This document shows, piece by piece, positions 1 through 13,474 of a stretch of 64,000 nt of DNA; the first letter of the stretch is position 1, and every line of letters starts with the position of its first letter. Origin of the DNA: Lama glama (Eukaryota); the NCBI GenBank assembly GCA_028534125.1, contig CM052817.1, positions 59,584,001 to 59,648,000 on the forward strand, in the 5' to 3' direction. The position numbers and the translations under genes are program-made. Under the pieces are notes generated by a model, which saw only the letters and a list, made by a program, of their open reading frames with translations, was not told the origin of the DNA and ran no database searches.

Positions 1-133
1 ACTCAGAACGTAGGAAGAAGGAGACTACCATTATAACAAGTGAAGAAAATATGATCACTTCAGAACAAAACTCATAGCATATCATCATTGGTTAAACGTA
101 CATGTGAATGTTTAATTGACAATTGACATTCAC

Positions 134-185
134 ATGTCTAAAAAGACACATAAGTCTAGAACATATGTCTAAAAAGATACATAAG
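134..185. repeat. Short direct duplication (21-bp unit, 31-bp period)
   Basis: atgtctaaaaagacacataag (134-154) and atgtctaaaaagatacataag (165-185), one mismatch. Confidence 0.85.
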
Positions 186-2077
186 CAAACTGCTAACAAT
201 GCCTACTTAGGGAGAATGAGTAGTGGGAGATAGAGAGGCGTTCATATTATGATGTATATATTTCTACATTGCCCATTCCGCACAAGCCACCTCCCCATGA
301 TCTCCACATTCAGACCATTAGCACCCATTATTTTACTTAAGTTAACGGGCCTAAAAGTATTACAGATATAAAAATAAGTTTGAACACATCCATGACATCC
401 TGCTTTGAAAGTATTTATAAGAATTACACTGATTTCAAGTTTATCTTAACTTGAGCCAAGTTAAATAAAAACGTTTAAAAAGTTTTAATTGTATAATTAA
501 ATCACTGAAAGTATATTCATATATTGGTGAGAATTTAAAAACTATATTGTATTAAATACTTTAAAATGCAATTAATTAAATAATAGGCTGTGCTTTTCAA
601 ATCTAATTGAGATTTTATCCTTTTTTTTATTGCTTTAGCAGGATTTTGCTTTAGATAAATGAAGTGATTAGTTTAATAAATTACTAAGCTCATATGTTTG
701 TATAGAAACACAGAAAAAGGTTCACAGTGATAAGGTGATCCATATTACTGTAACTGAAAGAAATTAAAGCCCTTTTTAAGTCAAGCTTGATATTCATGAA
801 TTCCATACCTCAGAGACTCATCTAAATTATGACAGACTCCTTGTTGAAAGTATATTGAAAAATTTACAGTATTGGAGGAGAATATTTTGTGCTTAAAAAA
901 AAATCTACATAAAATTTTGAATCTCAAGTGTCCTTTCCATAAAATACAGATCCAAGATAAGATGACCAAAGCAATCACATAATTTAAGTCTACTTTTCTA
1001 TGCAGGGATAAAAGGGATAGTTCCTTGAAAAGGTTCATTGGTAACTCAACTCAACTAGAGTTATAGCTACTTGTGCACTTTCTGTAGGATTGAGAGTACT
1101 TAATCTTTTCCTACTACCCAGTAGCTACACAGCAATTACTTTGGTAACTGGAAGCTATCATGTTGCAAGTGAAAAATTGATAGAAATTATATATGCGTTT
1201 GTGTTTGAGACATACACTCTATTCCAATCAAGATCGATGGAATTAGGAAACTCACTCTCCAAGAAGGATTAATCAAATTTTTAACTGAATTAATCCAAGA
1301 AAAATGGTAATTTCAAAGGACTAAGTTTAAAAAAAAAAAGCTATTTTTCCTTAATAAATGAAAAAGCATGAACATATGTTAATCCAGATATGGAAGCTTT
1401 TACCATAAAACAACAAATTTGAAATGCAACTTTAATAGCAAACATGCAACGTGTTTGCCTTATATTGTATCTGCAACTGTGGTGCAGTTGTAATGTGATG
1501 AGCGTATATTTCCCTTACACATATGCAGGCAAACAGGGCTCATGTATGAAAAGGGACTCACTCAGCACAGAAAAAGAGAAGTTTCAAATGACATTAATAC
1601 CAATTAGTACTAGTCCTTCGATCAATAAGAGAGACTATAAAGACACAGCCATAGTGTAGTATACTGAGATTAGATAACGCCTTGTTGACATTTCTTTAGG
1701 ATGAATCCACTTTAAATATGGTTAGAGTTGAGAGACATTTCTCAGAAGAAGCTTTCTTCTTTAAAGTTATATGTGACTCCAAAGCCAAAAGACTTTTCTT
1801 AATGCTTTATTTAATAACTCCAAATGCTCTAACAACAGTTTTTAGAATATTTTTTCACCAAAGAGTTTCAGCATATGATGTACAAATTATCCATTTAATC
1901 TTCTTGTAATTTATTTAATATATATTATTTCAGTTTGTAAAAAAAAACTTTGTAGCATTTGGATGTTATAATATATTGCATACTATTGTGATGGTAGCAT
2001 TTGGCCAGTTTATTTGGCAGCTGTGAGTTTCTCTTTTCATAAATATTTCTCTATTCCACAACTACATATAAATTAGT

Positions 2078-2202
2078 AGGAAGAAGATAAAAGGTTAAGA
2101 TGAAAAAGAGAAGGAAAGAGAGCTGGAGGAAGAGGAGGAAAAGGAGAAAGAAGGAGAAAGGTAAAGAGAAGGGTAAAGGATAGGGAAAGAGAAGAGAAGA
2201 GA
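2078..2202. repeat. GA-rich polypurine low-complexity tract
   Basis: Nearly pure A/G run (ggaagaggaggaaaaggagaaagaaggagaaagg...). Confidence 0.85.
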
Positions 2203-2394
2203 TTAACATGAACTCTGATAATCATAGCACTTCATTAGTTAAGCTTTCTTAGTCTTCTTAATAGAAACTACTTACTGTGTGGTCCAGGGCAATAGGAATG
2301 TACTAGAAGAGGTCTAAAACCTCTGTCCCAGTCTTATTTCAGATAGTAGTAAATATTCCAATCTTGAGAAAATCACTTAATATGTCTAATTTTC

Positions 2395-2550
2395 AATATA
2401 TAAGGCATATATTTATAAACTCATATAATATTTATATATTAATACTTATACTTCTATATCGTTATATAAATACATATTTTATTTCTTATATATAAAATAT
2501 AATATGTATATTTCTTATATATTAAATATTTATTAAATGTATATTTAAGA
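2395..2550. repeat. AT-rich/(TA)-like low-complexity tract
   Basis: Degenerate tata/aatat repeats with very few G/C. Confidence 0.75.
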
Positions 2551-2737
2551 ATTAACATTTAAAAAATAAGAGTCACAAATTTTTGCCGTATATGCAGATT
2601 TTTAAAGAAACATTTACTCACAATCTCTTGGAGGAAAAAAAAGTTTTGCTTTGATCAAGGAAAAGTGCAATTTACTTAGTCAAGTCTATATTGTCACTGT
2701 TAACACACTGGGATCTGTGGATTTTGGTTACTGTGGT

Positions 2738-2895
2738 TGGAATTCTGGTTCTAGCACTTACACGCTTTGAGCTCTTGGGATGGTTACCTTAAACTTTCTG
2801 AACTTCAATTTTATCCATCTCTAAAGTGGAGATAAAACTCCACCAATCTTAAAGGGCTATTAGAGCATTGAATATAGAGAGCATGTAAATAACAT
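2738..2895 (+). mobile_element. MIR SINE fragment
   Basis: gaattctggttctagcacttac...cttgggatggttacc...cttcaattttatccatctctaaagtggagataa...gcatgtaaa follows the MIR core. Confidence 0.7.
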
Positions 2896-5289
2896 ATAAT
2901 TATATACATAAATAAATGGAGATGTCATGCAATTAATCATTTTTGTATTGGTATTTATTATAAAATACATGAACAGAACAGTCTAAAGGAAAGAAAGAAT
3001 ACATGCTAATAGATTTTACTGATAAAAGTTTGAATTCTAATTATTTTTAAAAGTGATAGATAGCTATTAGTGACTTTTTATGTAGCATAGTAGAATAAAT
3101 CTCATCATTATTTTGGAAAAAAATATGGTAGATGTAATGAAAACAAATTATTTTGCAAGTATTTGTCCTTGGCTTTAAACTTTAAGCTTAAAAATGTGCA
3201 GTCTTTGAATCAGGTGAATCTCTCTTGCCCCCTTCACTGTATAATCTATCACTCGGTACAGTGTCAGCTATATACTGAACTTCAATCATTACTGATTTTG
3301 ATGATGGTGCAGATGAAAGAATGACTAAAAAAACTATGTTCAGTGGTAAGATGAGACAGAAAAAAATAGAAAGATTTTGGTAAGAATGGAAAAAGGAAAA
3401 AAAGTAAGAGAGCTGTTTTGTGTGTGATTTACTGCAACTGATTACATAGAAGGTGAAAGTTGCTCTAGTCTCTGGCATTTAATCTTTTTTAAGAGAGCCT
3501 GCCCTGCCTTGGAAATGGCTGCACTGATACATGGCAAAGCAGTGGGGAGGATACTGGAGTCAGAGGACTCACTTTCCTTCATTCTGTAATTGCAGTATTA
3601 ACTGCTGTGCTTCCAGAAATGAGAGCAAGGGAGAGAGAAGGGAAGATAGATAGCTCCTTGATGTCTCCCTGCTGTGGCTAAATGACTGTACACTTTGGAA
3701 AAAAAGTGAACAATCTGGTTTCAAAAAAATCCTCACCCAAACTTGATCTGAAGCTAAGTATTTTTAAAAGTGACAGTTTGAGGTTAACTTATTTCTTTGG
3801 ATAAGCCTACCCTCTGCCCTACTTTCTAGTTGAAACTAAAGGTCATCTTGCAAAAAAAAAAAATCACATTATTGTAATATTTCCAGTCAAAATTAAAGTG
3901 AAAATTGCAACCAGTCTCACAGGAACCCCTGAAGGAGTAAGGCTTTTTGTTTCTTTTAAACACAACATGTTTAGAGGATCTTCAAATTTTTAAAATAAAA
4001 ATTAATTTTTAAATCACAAAAAATTCTTACCTATATCTCAAATTATCTGAAGAGTCTTCTACCACTACTCAAAAGTCCTATAATTTTTAGGAAAATAAAG
4101 GTAGAATGCAATTTAAGATAGTGTTTTTAAAAAGACTCTTTTCATGTAACTGGGGAAAAATGATAATACTAAGATGGGTTTCATGATTTGTGAACTGAGT
4201 GAGAGCTGTTATCCTCACATGATTGTGGTAGCATGCTGTAATGGTGAATATGTGGGCAGGTTAAGAAATGATACTAGTAAATCTATAAATTATCCAGTTG
4301 TCTTTCTTTTGCTGCCAGTAATTGCATGTTTTTTTTTTTAAAGGAAAGTTTAAAGTTCTGAATTTGGTGACTATAACCACCTAGTTAAAGTGAAATTTGT
4401 TTTACTTAAATAACTGGGAGGAAGCACTGTAATTAAATTTACTTAACTCCAGCTTTTGTAAGTTAACCAATGTTATTTCGTTCAATTGACCAAAATTTTA
4501 TATGCATACTCATAGTTTTATACTTATAAGGAGTTATAGGTAGTAGTAATCTCTCCTAGTTCCATTAAACCGTTTCATATTAAAATGAAAAACCAGTTGT
4601 TTATATCTACCAGCCCCCTCCCTCAGTGTGCCAGCCTTATTTTTTCCTTATTTCTAGCTAGCATGGACAACTAAGATTTTCCTTACGGTCAGCATCAACT
4701 AAATTCCTTCTGTAGATAGATTCATCATTCTTCTTAGACTCTTAACCCTGTGCTAAGACCAGATGATCTCTCAGGTTATCTCTGCTCTCCCACTTCTAAA
4801 ATTAGAAGCAATGTCTCATCTTAGTGCTGGTAATGATATGTGTAGCTAAAAAGGCTCGGGTATTGGTTTTACTCCCACCACCTCTTTACCCTGAGAAGAA
4901 CCAACAGAACTACTGACACCGGCCAGTAGGGTTTGTTTCATGAAGACATCACCTTGTCTATCAGTCCAGCTTGCCTGGCAGGGGCTGTCAGTCAACCACT
5001 TGGCTATGTCACTAGTGTCTCTGCTGGCTTCCCATTGCCTATTTGATGGGATTTAGGGTGATAGCCCAAACAGAACTACTTCTTATGCCTCTGTGACTTG
5101 TTGCCACACTTCTTGTTCAATCTTTTCCTCTGACTCATATTTTTAGCAATAGCTAGACTTGAAAAACAATAAACAGACCTTGTGTAGTCCCTCGAATATT
5201 TATTCAAAAACATTCATTGAGAAGTGGGCATTGTTTATTTCAGTAGAAGGGAAAGGAAACAACTTCAGTACTCTAAAGAAGCAATGGCA

Positions 5290-5927
5290 TATACCAGTCC
5301 TGAGCATATATCCTGAGGGAACTATAACTCAAAAAATACATGCACCCCAATGTTCATAATAGCACTATTTACAATAGCCAAGACATGGAAACAACCTAAA
5401 TGCCCATCGACAGATGTCTAGATAAAGAAGTTGTGGTACATTTAGACAATGGAATACTACTCAGTCATAAAAAGAATAAAATAACGTCATTTGCAGCAAC
5501 ATGGATGGACCTGAAGATCGTCATACTAAGTGAAGTAAGCCAGAAAGAGAAAGAAAAATACCATAAGATATCACTCATATGTGGAATTTAAAAAAGAAGA
5601 AGAAGAAGAAGAAGAAGAAGACATCAATGAACTTATCTACAAAACAGAAACAGACTCACAGACATAGTAAACAAACTTGAGATTACAGGGGGTAAAGCCA
5701 GCGGGAAGGGATGGATTGGGAATTAGACGTATGCAGATATCAACAACTGTGTATGGGATAGATGGATAGCCAGTTTCTTCTGTGCAGCATGGAGAACTGT
5801 GGTCTCCTATAGTGGAAAAGAATGTGGAAACAAACACATGTATGTATATGTGTGACTGAAGCATTATACTATACACTAGAGATTGACACATTGTGAAGTG
5901 ACTGTACTTGAATTTAAAAAAAAAAAG
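5290..5927 (+). mobile_element. 5'-truncated L1 (ORF2 end + 3' UTR + poly(A)), relatively young lineage family
   Basis: tgcaccccaatgttcata...gccaagacatggaaacaacctaaatg...gcagcaacatggatggacct (ORF2 C-terminus; ORF 5400-5591 reads FAATWMDL...LSEVSQKEKEKY). Poly(A) at 5916-5927. Same family as 45243-45909. Confidence 0.95.
5594..5620. repeat. (AAG)9 microsatellite inside L1 3' UTR
   Basis: aagaagaagaagaagaagaagaagaag. Confidence 0.95.
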
Positions 5928-5959
5928 AATTCTAAGTGGTATTTACTATTAAAACCAGA

Positions 5960-6075
5960 TTTCACACAGGAGAAAGGAAATAAAGGCTCAGGAGGCTCCA
6001 TGACTTGCCCTGGATCCCAGAGTGTGTACACAGCACTGCTAGGAGTGAAGCCCAGATCAGAGTCAATTACTGAGT
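5960..6075 (-). mobile_element. MIR SINE fragment
   Basis: aggctcaggagg...tgacttgccctggatc...acacagc...ggagtgaagcccagatc is the reverse MIR core. Confidence 0.65.
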
Positions 6076-9000
6076 GAGGACTTTCTCTATGTATATATAT
6101 GAAAATAAAACCAAAATTGCCAGATATTCTGATTTTTTAATTTAATGAAATTGTTTCTATGACTTAATATAGATTTCAATTTTCTTCAGTGTTATACTGG
6201 AAAATTATACAATTATATAATATATTAACATTTATTAATTTTTATAGATTAATTAATTTAATTATACATTAATATAAAACATACAATTATATATTAATTA
6301 AAAGATGAATTAACCAAATATACACTAAGCCTTGCATGCTGGAAAGAACACACACTTTCCAGTATAACACTGAAGAAAGTTGAAATCTATATTAAGCCAC
6401 AGCAGCAAGTTCATTAAATTAAAAAAGCAGACTATTTGGCAAATTTGGTTTTATTTCCACAATGCTAAAGACACAGTTGAAAAATGTAGTAATAAAACCT
6501 TACAGGAAATAACCAAACATTTAAAATTTTAAATGTTTAAAAATTTACTTAAATTTTGTATCAAATGTTCCAACCCATCTTATCATGAGCAGCAGATAGG
6601 TATAAATTCTTTTCTCAAGAGGCTTCTCAGCCCCCAACCAAACATGCTTTCGGAGACCCTGGAGCACCAGGCCACTAGGCAAATTCACTTCTGTATAGAT
6701 CTCTCTTAGTAGACCCAAGCTGAGTCCCTTGTTATGTTTTCTTCCTCCCAAATTTTGAAAACTTCCAGCCAAGTTCTCTTCTCAGTCCCAGAATTCCCTT
6801 GAGAGAAAACAGAGAGCTGGCTAAGGCTAAGCTTTCAGGGCACTCTGGTAAATTTCTTAGACCTGCTTCCAGGGAATGATTCTATGTGTCTGTCCTGTGA
6901 TCCATTTCCCAAAAACCTTAGGGCAGCCCTATTTTCAATTAATAGTCTTTAAAAAAAAAAAAAAAACCAGAAAACTTTCATCAGCCCAGTAGTGCTTCCT
7001 GGAGAAAGAGGGAGAAGAGGAAAAAAAGGGAGTAGTGCTCCTTTTATAGAATGGCCAGCATTTTATTTTTCCGAGATCACTAACAGAAATAATGATATTT
7101 ACTACAATTTATATTTAATAAAGTAGAGAAGAAATAATGCCAAAAATAGGTTAAATATATTTAGCTTTAGGAAACAAATTTCTTTTTCTCATTTTGCTAA
7201 AAATTATTGAAATCTTTGTTCTAAACCAGTTTTCTTGGAATAGAGTTTAGAAAACACCAGTTTCTTTTATGGATTTAATGAGAGAAAAGACAGCCACAAG
7301 TTCAAACTGAGATGCACGACAAAATTCATGGGTGAGGTTAGAAACTACTACTGTACATAGATAGAAATAACAAAATACCAACACAAAAGAGATATGGAAT
7401 AAAAGTTCTCTAGCAACTGGTCTTACATAATACTTGGACATAGCTTAGTTAAATGCCTCACTCGATTTAGTAGAAAGTGGCCATCCTAAATTGTATTCCA
7501 TTTAAAATGATACAACATTATACATTTAAACTTCATGAAGCTGGTTATACAAATAGACGGGTGCTGAGCTACATAGGTTGTGGTTAGAAAAGCTATAGAA
7601 CAAGAACAAATATGTTTGTCCAGCATTGTTCTCATCAGAGCCAGTTATGTCTTACCTGACACCATGGACATATGGTGCAGCACAAATGATTCCCCATATC
7701 CTATTTAAGGATGAATAAAAATAGTCAAGGTATTTTTTTTTTTTTTGCTGTGATTCCAAGCAATTTGATTCCCTTTTCAAGAAAATTAAAAAACCAAAAG
7801 GTACTGTGTATAATAAGAAAATGTTTTCCTGAATTAAGATTAGTAAATTGTCCTTAGGAATCTGGTTAGCCTCATTTGTTCACTCTAATAATCCCTGAGC
7901 AAACTGATAAAATAAAATTTCCAAATATACAAAACCTACAATCAGAATCAATCCTCCAGGCACAGTCCCCTCAGGAGATCTAAGGGAAACATCTTACACT
8001 CAAGTGTGTTCTATTTCAAAAGTGTTTTTACCAGATTTTGCAGAAAAGATTGCCTTATTACTTCATATCATAAATCATGTTACCCCACTTACAGAACGAG
8101 TCAAGGGCCTTTTGCCCTTAGTCTTAAAATAGATGTAAGAGAATAAACATACTAAATTATTTTCAATCATTCGTTTGATTAAATTTATGATGTTTAATCC
8201 TATAATATTATGCAACTATTCTATTCAGGTTATAGGAGTTAGTACATATGTGTATGTTACATATATATTAACTAATTAGGTTTCCCTATTAGACTCACAG
8301 TCAGGTAAGGATGTGAATGCTTATGGCTGTTTATCACATGCTAATTCAAATGCAAAATGTAAAAAGCTTCCTTTTTTGTCAAATACTAGGCACCTCACTG
8401 AAGTATCAATTAGAATATGGTTCTAAGTACCAATTGACAGTTAATTTTTGATATTTACAGCCATTATAATTAAACCACTCTGGAACATAAAAGTTAATTG
8501 CATGTAAGAAAAACTAGTCAAATTACATAAATGTAGAAATTGTACAAATCTCAGTGAAGTGCTATTAACCACTCTTATTTCAATAAAAATAAGGAAAGAT
8601 TAAGGCCTTGATGCTTTTTAAAAAGTGACATCCCATGAAGCAATTCAGCTTCACAAGTATTTTTTTTCCAAAATTCAAACTCTTAGGTCTCCAAAGTGGT
8701 ATAATTTTCCATAATCACTTTATTTCTACATAGAATAAGTATACTTCTGTGTGGACAAAGTTGACATAAATACTCAGATTTATTTTAGCTTGAATTCTCA
8801 TTCATATGGGATTCTAAATTTTTATATACATGAGAAGTTTCTGTCATAATATTCATTTTTTAACTGAAGTTGCACTTCATTTGATTGGCATTAGATTTGT
8901 TGACAAAGCTGAGCCAACAGTTCCAATTGGGAAATGGAAAAGGTTAAATTTTTACATAATCAGAAGGCTTTCTCTAGACAATTTAGTCAATAGCCACAAT

Positions 9001-12000
9001 TTATGATGCAAACCTAAGTGTCTTTAGTTTTGCCTTGTTAATTCCTCATTTACAGAATACACTTTGATGGTTTCCTCCCACGAGACTATTTAAAGACATG
9101 GAACAGCAAACAGAAGAGTCTGTGTCCTTATCCCCAAATCAATTAAAATCCAAAGCTTGTTTAAATGGGAACATTATCTATTCTTTGGGTTTTAAAAATC
9201 CTCAGTTGAATTCCAATCCTCATTCCACCTCATTCTCCATCACAGTCCTAGGAATCCAATGTGCTTTATTTACTTTGGTAACTAGGAAAGACACAGCTCG
9301 TGCTGCAGTGTTCAGAAATTATTCTGCATGAAAAGACAGAAAAAACAAAAACATGAGAGCCCTGTAGATTATGTGGGGTAGCTTTATATATTTTTCTAAT
9401 CAGATGACTTCCCAGACACAATAATGAACCTCAAACATCCAATCAATTTAAACTAACCATTCTTATATAATCTAATTCTCAAGTTACAAAATTTATAACG
9501 TGAGTAACGTAAAAAAGGGAGAAAGTATCAAAATGATGACTCTGATTTTGAATCTGTTTTTTATAGGACAATTTCTTACATACACTTCTTTTTCTTAATC
9601 ATATATAATATGTATACATATTTGATATATATAAATCTGAACTATAATTTTATTTTTCCTATTTTTCAGAGGACTTATTCTTTATCTGGCAATGTATCAT
9701 ATTTCCAGTGTTAAGCTGTATCTCCCTTCATAATCATCTTCACAGATCTCATTTTCCTTTCTAGTTTTGTCTCATTTGTTTCACACTCTGCCCCCCTTGT
9801 AAATTATAATAAGCCATCTTTAAAATTATGATTTAATCATTCCAAAAATGAAAAAGCTTTACCATAATTAAGGTGAGGCCATGATAAAAAAATACATTTA
9901 ATAGTCTTACCATACCATAGTATCATAGATTTTTTTTAAATTATCTTTTCAGTGAGGATTTTAAATTTCTAACAAATTACTTTTCATGTCTTTTAAAATC
10001 TATTTTAATAAAATAAAACTATGCAGTAGTTTTCGCTCTGAATCTAAATAAATTCAAATTTGAGTAATTACGTGACTTTAAACATTTTTTTAAATAAGAT
10101 AATTTTAGATCATCATCAGTTTTTCTTTTCACTTACTGGCCAGATAAGAATAATTATTCTGCTCTGAACTTTGATCAGTTCTAACAAGGATTCACTACCA
10201 TTTTATATAACTCTGTATTTATTTCTTGTCATATCAAACTGACTATTTTGATCCAAATTGTCAAAATGCTCAATTTGTAGAAAAAACAGTTTTACCTGTT
10301 CCAGTTGCTCATTTATCTGACTGGTATTCATTTTGTTAAGGATGAATTTCCATATGTTTTGACTGTAGATTTCCTTTTGCATTCAATGTTCAATCCCACC
10401 CTAGTCATACAAGGATTTAAGGAGGCTTCTCTGAATGACAAATAAAATCATTTACCTAAGAGCAGTTGTCTTGTCCAGGTTCTAATAGGCTTCCCACTAT
10501 TACCCCTTTTGCTTTTTTACTTCTTCCATTCCTCTCTGAGCAACTTCATACCCTTTGGCTCTGAACCCAGATGTTCGTGCCTTGTGGGTCAGTCTGTTTT
10601 GGCTAGTAGAGTAACGTTTCCCATCTAATGAACTTCAGGCCCAAAACATCCAAGAAAATCCCATATACAAACAGCCACGTTGATACACCAAGTATTTCTC
10701 TCAGGTGAAATCCTAGATTACTGAGATGAAAGTTGAATTTACAGCAGAAATTTTTATGTACGTATTTTTAAATATTTATAAATGTAATTCAGATAATAAA
10801 ATCCTAGTCTTTGGTCAATAGAACGAATGTGTCATTTTTACAAAATGGAGAAAGTGTCTGAACAATCAGACTTAACTATATCTCTGGTCAGATTATAAAA
10901 GCAGTTACCCTTTTCACTGCATATCCTCAGCTATTGACCAGGAAGGAAAGGAGGAAAAAAGAACACCAGGGTAGTCTTGTACTCTGGGTAACATCTTGCT
11001 ATCACATCTTTCTTTTTCCCATTTCTTATTACTGAATATATGTTTAAGAATCACACAAACTGTACTAAAAATTGCCTAGAGGACTGAATCTATCCTCCAG
11101 ATACTCAAAACATTTGGAACATCTGTCTTCTTCACAACCTTGAATTAAAATATAAAACATGTTCTATTTACTTAGACTTAGATGCAGCGAAGTTCTTACT
11201 GACACCTGAGTTTTGTCCATTATTTGCAGCCAGGAAAAAGGAGGTCTTGCCTCATTCCTATAGATCATCATGCTTCCCTAAGTATGTGCACAAGCACACG
11301 TGCCCAAGAGCTCATCGATTGTTGCAATATTTTTCTAGTCTTCTGAGATAGCATCCTTCTATTCTCTAACCAACCAAACCACCATTTCCTCCAGATTCAA
11401 CTCAATTTCTCCACTATTACAAACCTTCAAGCCACATCTCCTAGACCAACTTGAACTCTTAAATCTAAAAACATGACCCTTTCTTTTGCTGATTAACCAT
11501 ATACATCCACATTATATTTCACATTTCTTCATATTCAATTTTTATGTAGCAATTATATTGCTATTTAGTACTTTTTGTGTTTGTCTTGAATTTACATGTA
11601 TATTGTTACTGATATTTGTTGAAAGACTAATAATTTCATGAGTAGTACATTGTATGTACACCAGTTACACGTCTATATTACTTTTACTAATTCTGTTGCA
11701 TTCCAGAATGTTTTTCCCTCCTATTCAATCATAGAAAGGTATGAACTACATTAGTATGTCCGACTAAGGCTGGCACTCTAACAATATCAAAACAGAACTT
11801 TTGATTCAAACTGTATAGGACAGTTATGTCAAAATAGAGTCCAAAAGTAGGAGTTTAAAAGAAATATTTTAATGAAATCCTTCCTTGAGGGAAATCAGTG
11901 ACCTATCTTTTCCAAGATGCTGCTTTGGATGACAATCAATACCTGTGTTTGCGTGTGCAGGTGAAAAACTGAAATACGATCAGCAGATTTTCTATGTGAT

Positions 12001-13367
12001 AAATGTGGAAAGCCAGCTGTCAGATAACTGCTGCCTGTGGCCTTATGTATCAACACATTAGTTGCCAAAATGTGTTGTGTAGACACAACATCACATATTT
12101 AAAACCTACATTCTATTTCCAGCTTAAATTTTTATATTTAGATAGCCTGAAATCATTCTTTAACTCATATTGTTTAATTTTTTGTCAGTTCAGCAGTTGA
12201 CACCAATAAGCAATTTGCATTCTTCTTGGTCAATTTCTTAAGTAATAAAGTACGTAGTATTTTATTTTATGGCTTATTTGATCTCTTAAAGTTAATGTGT
12301 AAAATGCCCCATAAATCTAATGTTCAATGTCATATTATTTTACATTAAATCTACCTACAATAAATGTGGTCATTTAACCTAATTAAGCAAAATACATGTT
12401 GTAAAGTAAAAAATAAGCTTTAGAATTCAACTAAACATGTAACATTTCTTTTTGTTCATATGGAGTCTTTTTTTTGCATAAATAATGTATGATAAGAAAG
12501 GTACTTTGATTTGCAACATAATACATTCCAGTACATATGTCATTATACATTATATAAATAATATAGAAATATATTTAACATATATAATTATATATAGATA
12601 CATGTATATGAAATCATTACTATAATATTTTTATATTTTAAAAACTGGTAAGGGCTAAATATTATACAGCCAGCATTCTTTGTTTGTCATGCAGACGATG
12701 CACAAATAAATGATGTGCCTGCCTGAGGGTATATCACAATGGGAATTTGGAATAATAAATACAGACTAGCCTTGCAATTTTAAAAAGTATTGGTGATTTA
12801 TAACAGAAATCTGATACCAAATTATTCTCAGAAGTACAACAAAATATAAATTATAGAAACAAGACTTTCTCATTTTATAAAGGACATTTTATTTAATCAA
12901 TAGTACCTTCTAAAAACAAATATCCAAAACTTCAGAAAATGCATTAAAAAAAAAAAGAAAAACCTCTAGAAGACCCCATTTCTCTCTGAATCTATAACAT
13001 TATTCTTGTATTCAATGAATCAGTTACAGTCAAAACCAAAATGGTTACCTTAGCCAGCTATTTTGCAACTACCTGGTATTTCTTCCAGCAGGGACCAGGT
13101 GAGTAGGCAAACCTGACACCACGGTTTTAAGGTTTTAAAAACATATGCTAATACTATGAATTTTTAATAAAAGCATAATTCATCTTGGACTTATTTGATA
13201 AATCTGTGGGATAAATAGGAAAATATGTTGGCACTCTACGTAGCTCTTGCTTGTTTCTCTTGTATCAACATTTTCTTTATACATATATTCAGAACTTACT
13301 TTTGGCAAATTAGTGAAATAGAACAAGCGTGTTTAGGGTATCTTTTATCCTTTTAGAAATGCTACTG

Positions 13368-13410
13368 TAAAATGATTATAAATCAATAAAAAATGTTAAA
13401 AAAAAAAAAA
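13368..13410 (+). mobile_element. Extremely 5'-truncated L1 tail (~43 bp) with 13-bp TSD
   Basis: taaaatgattataaatcaataaaaaatgtt+poly(A), flanked by agaaatgctactg (13355-13367) and agaaatgctgctg (13411-13423). Resembles the L1 terminus at 45880-45909. Confidence 0.8.
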
Positions 13411-13474
13411 AGAAATGCTGCTGCTACAAAGCCCAGAGCATAGTTGTAATAATTGGACTAACATATGCTTATTT

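Noticed and set aside
4903..5080. 12-bp direct repeat aacagaactact (4903-4914, 5069-5080) as a TSD
   Set aside because: No poly(A), terminal inverted repeats or recognisable element between the copies. The surrounding 4600-5130 block may be an old LTR, but I could not assign it.
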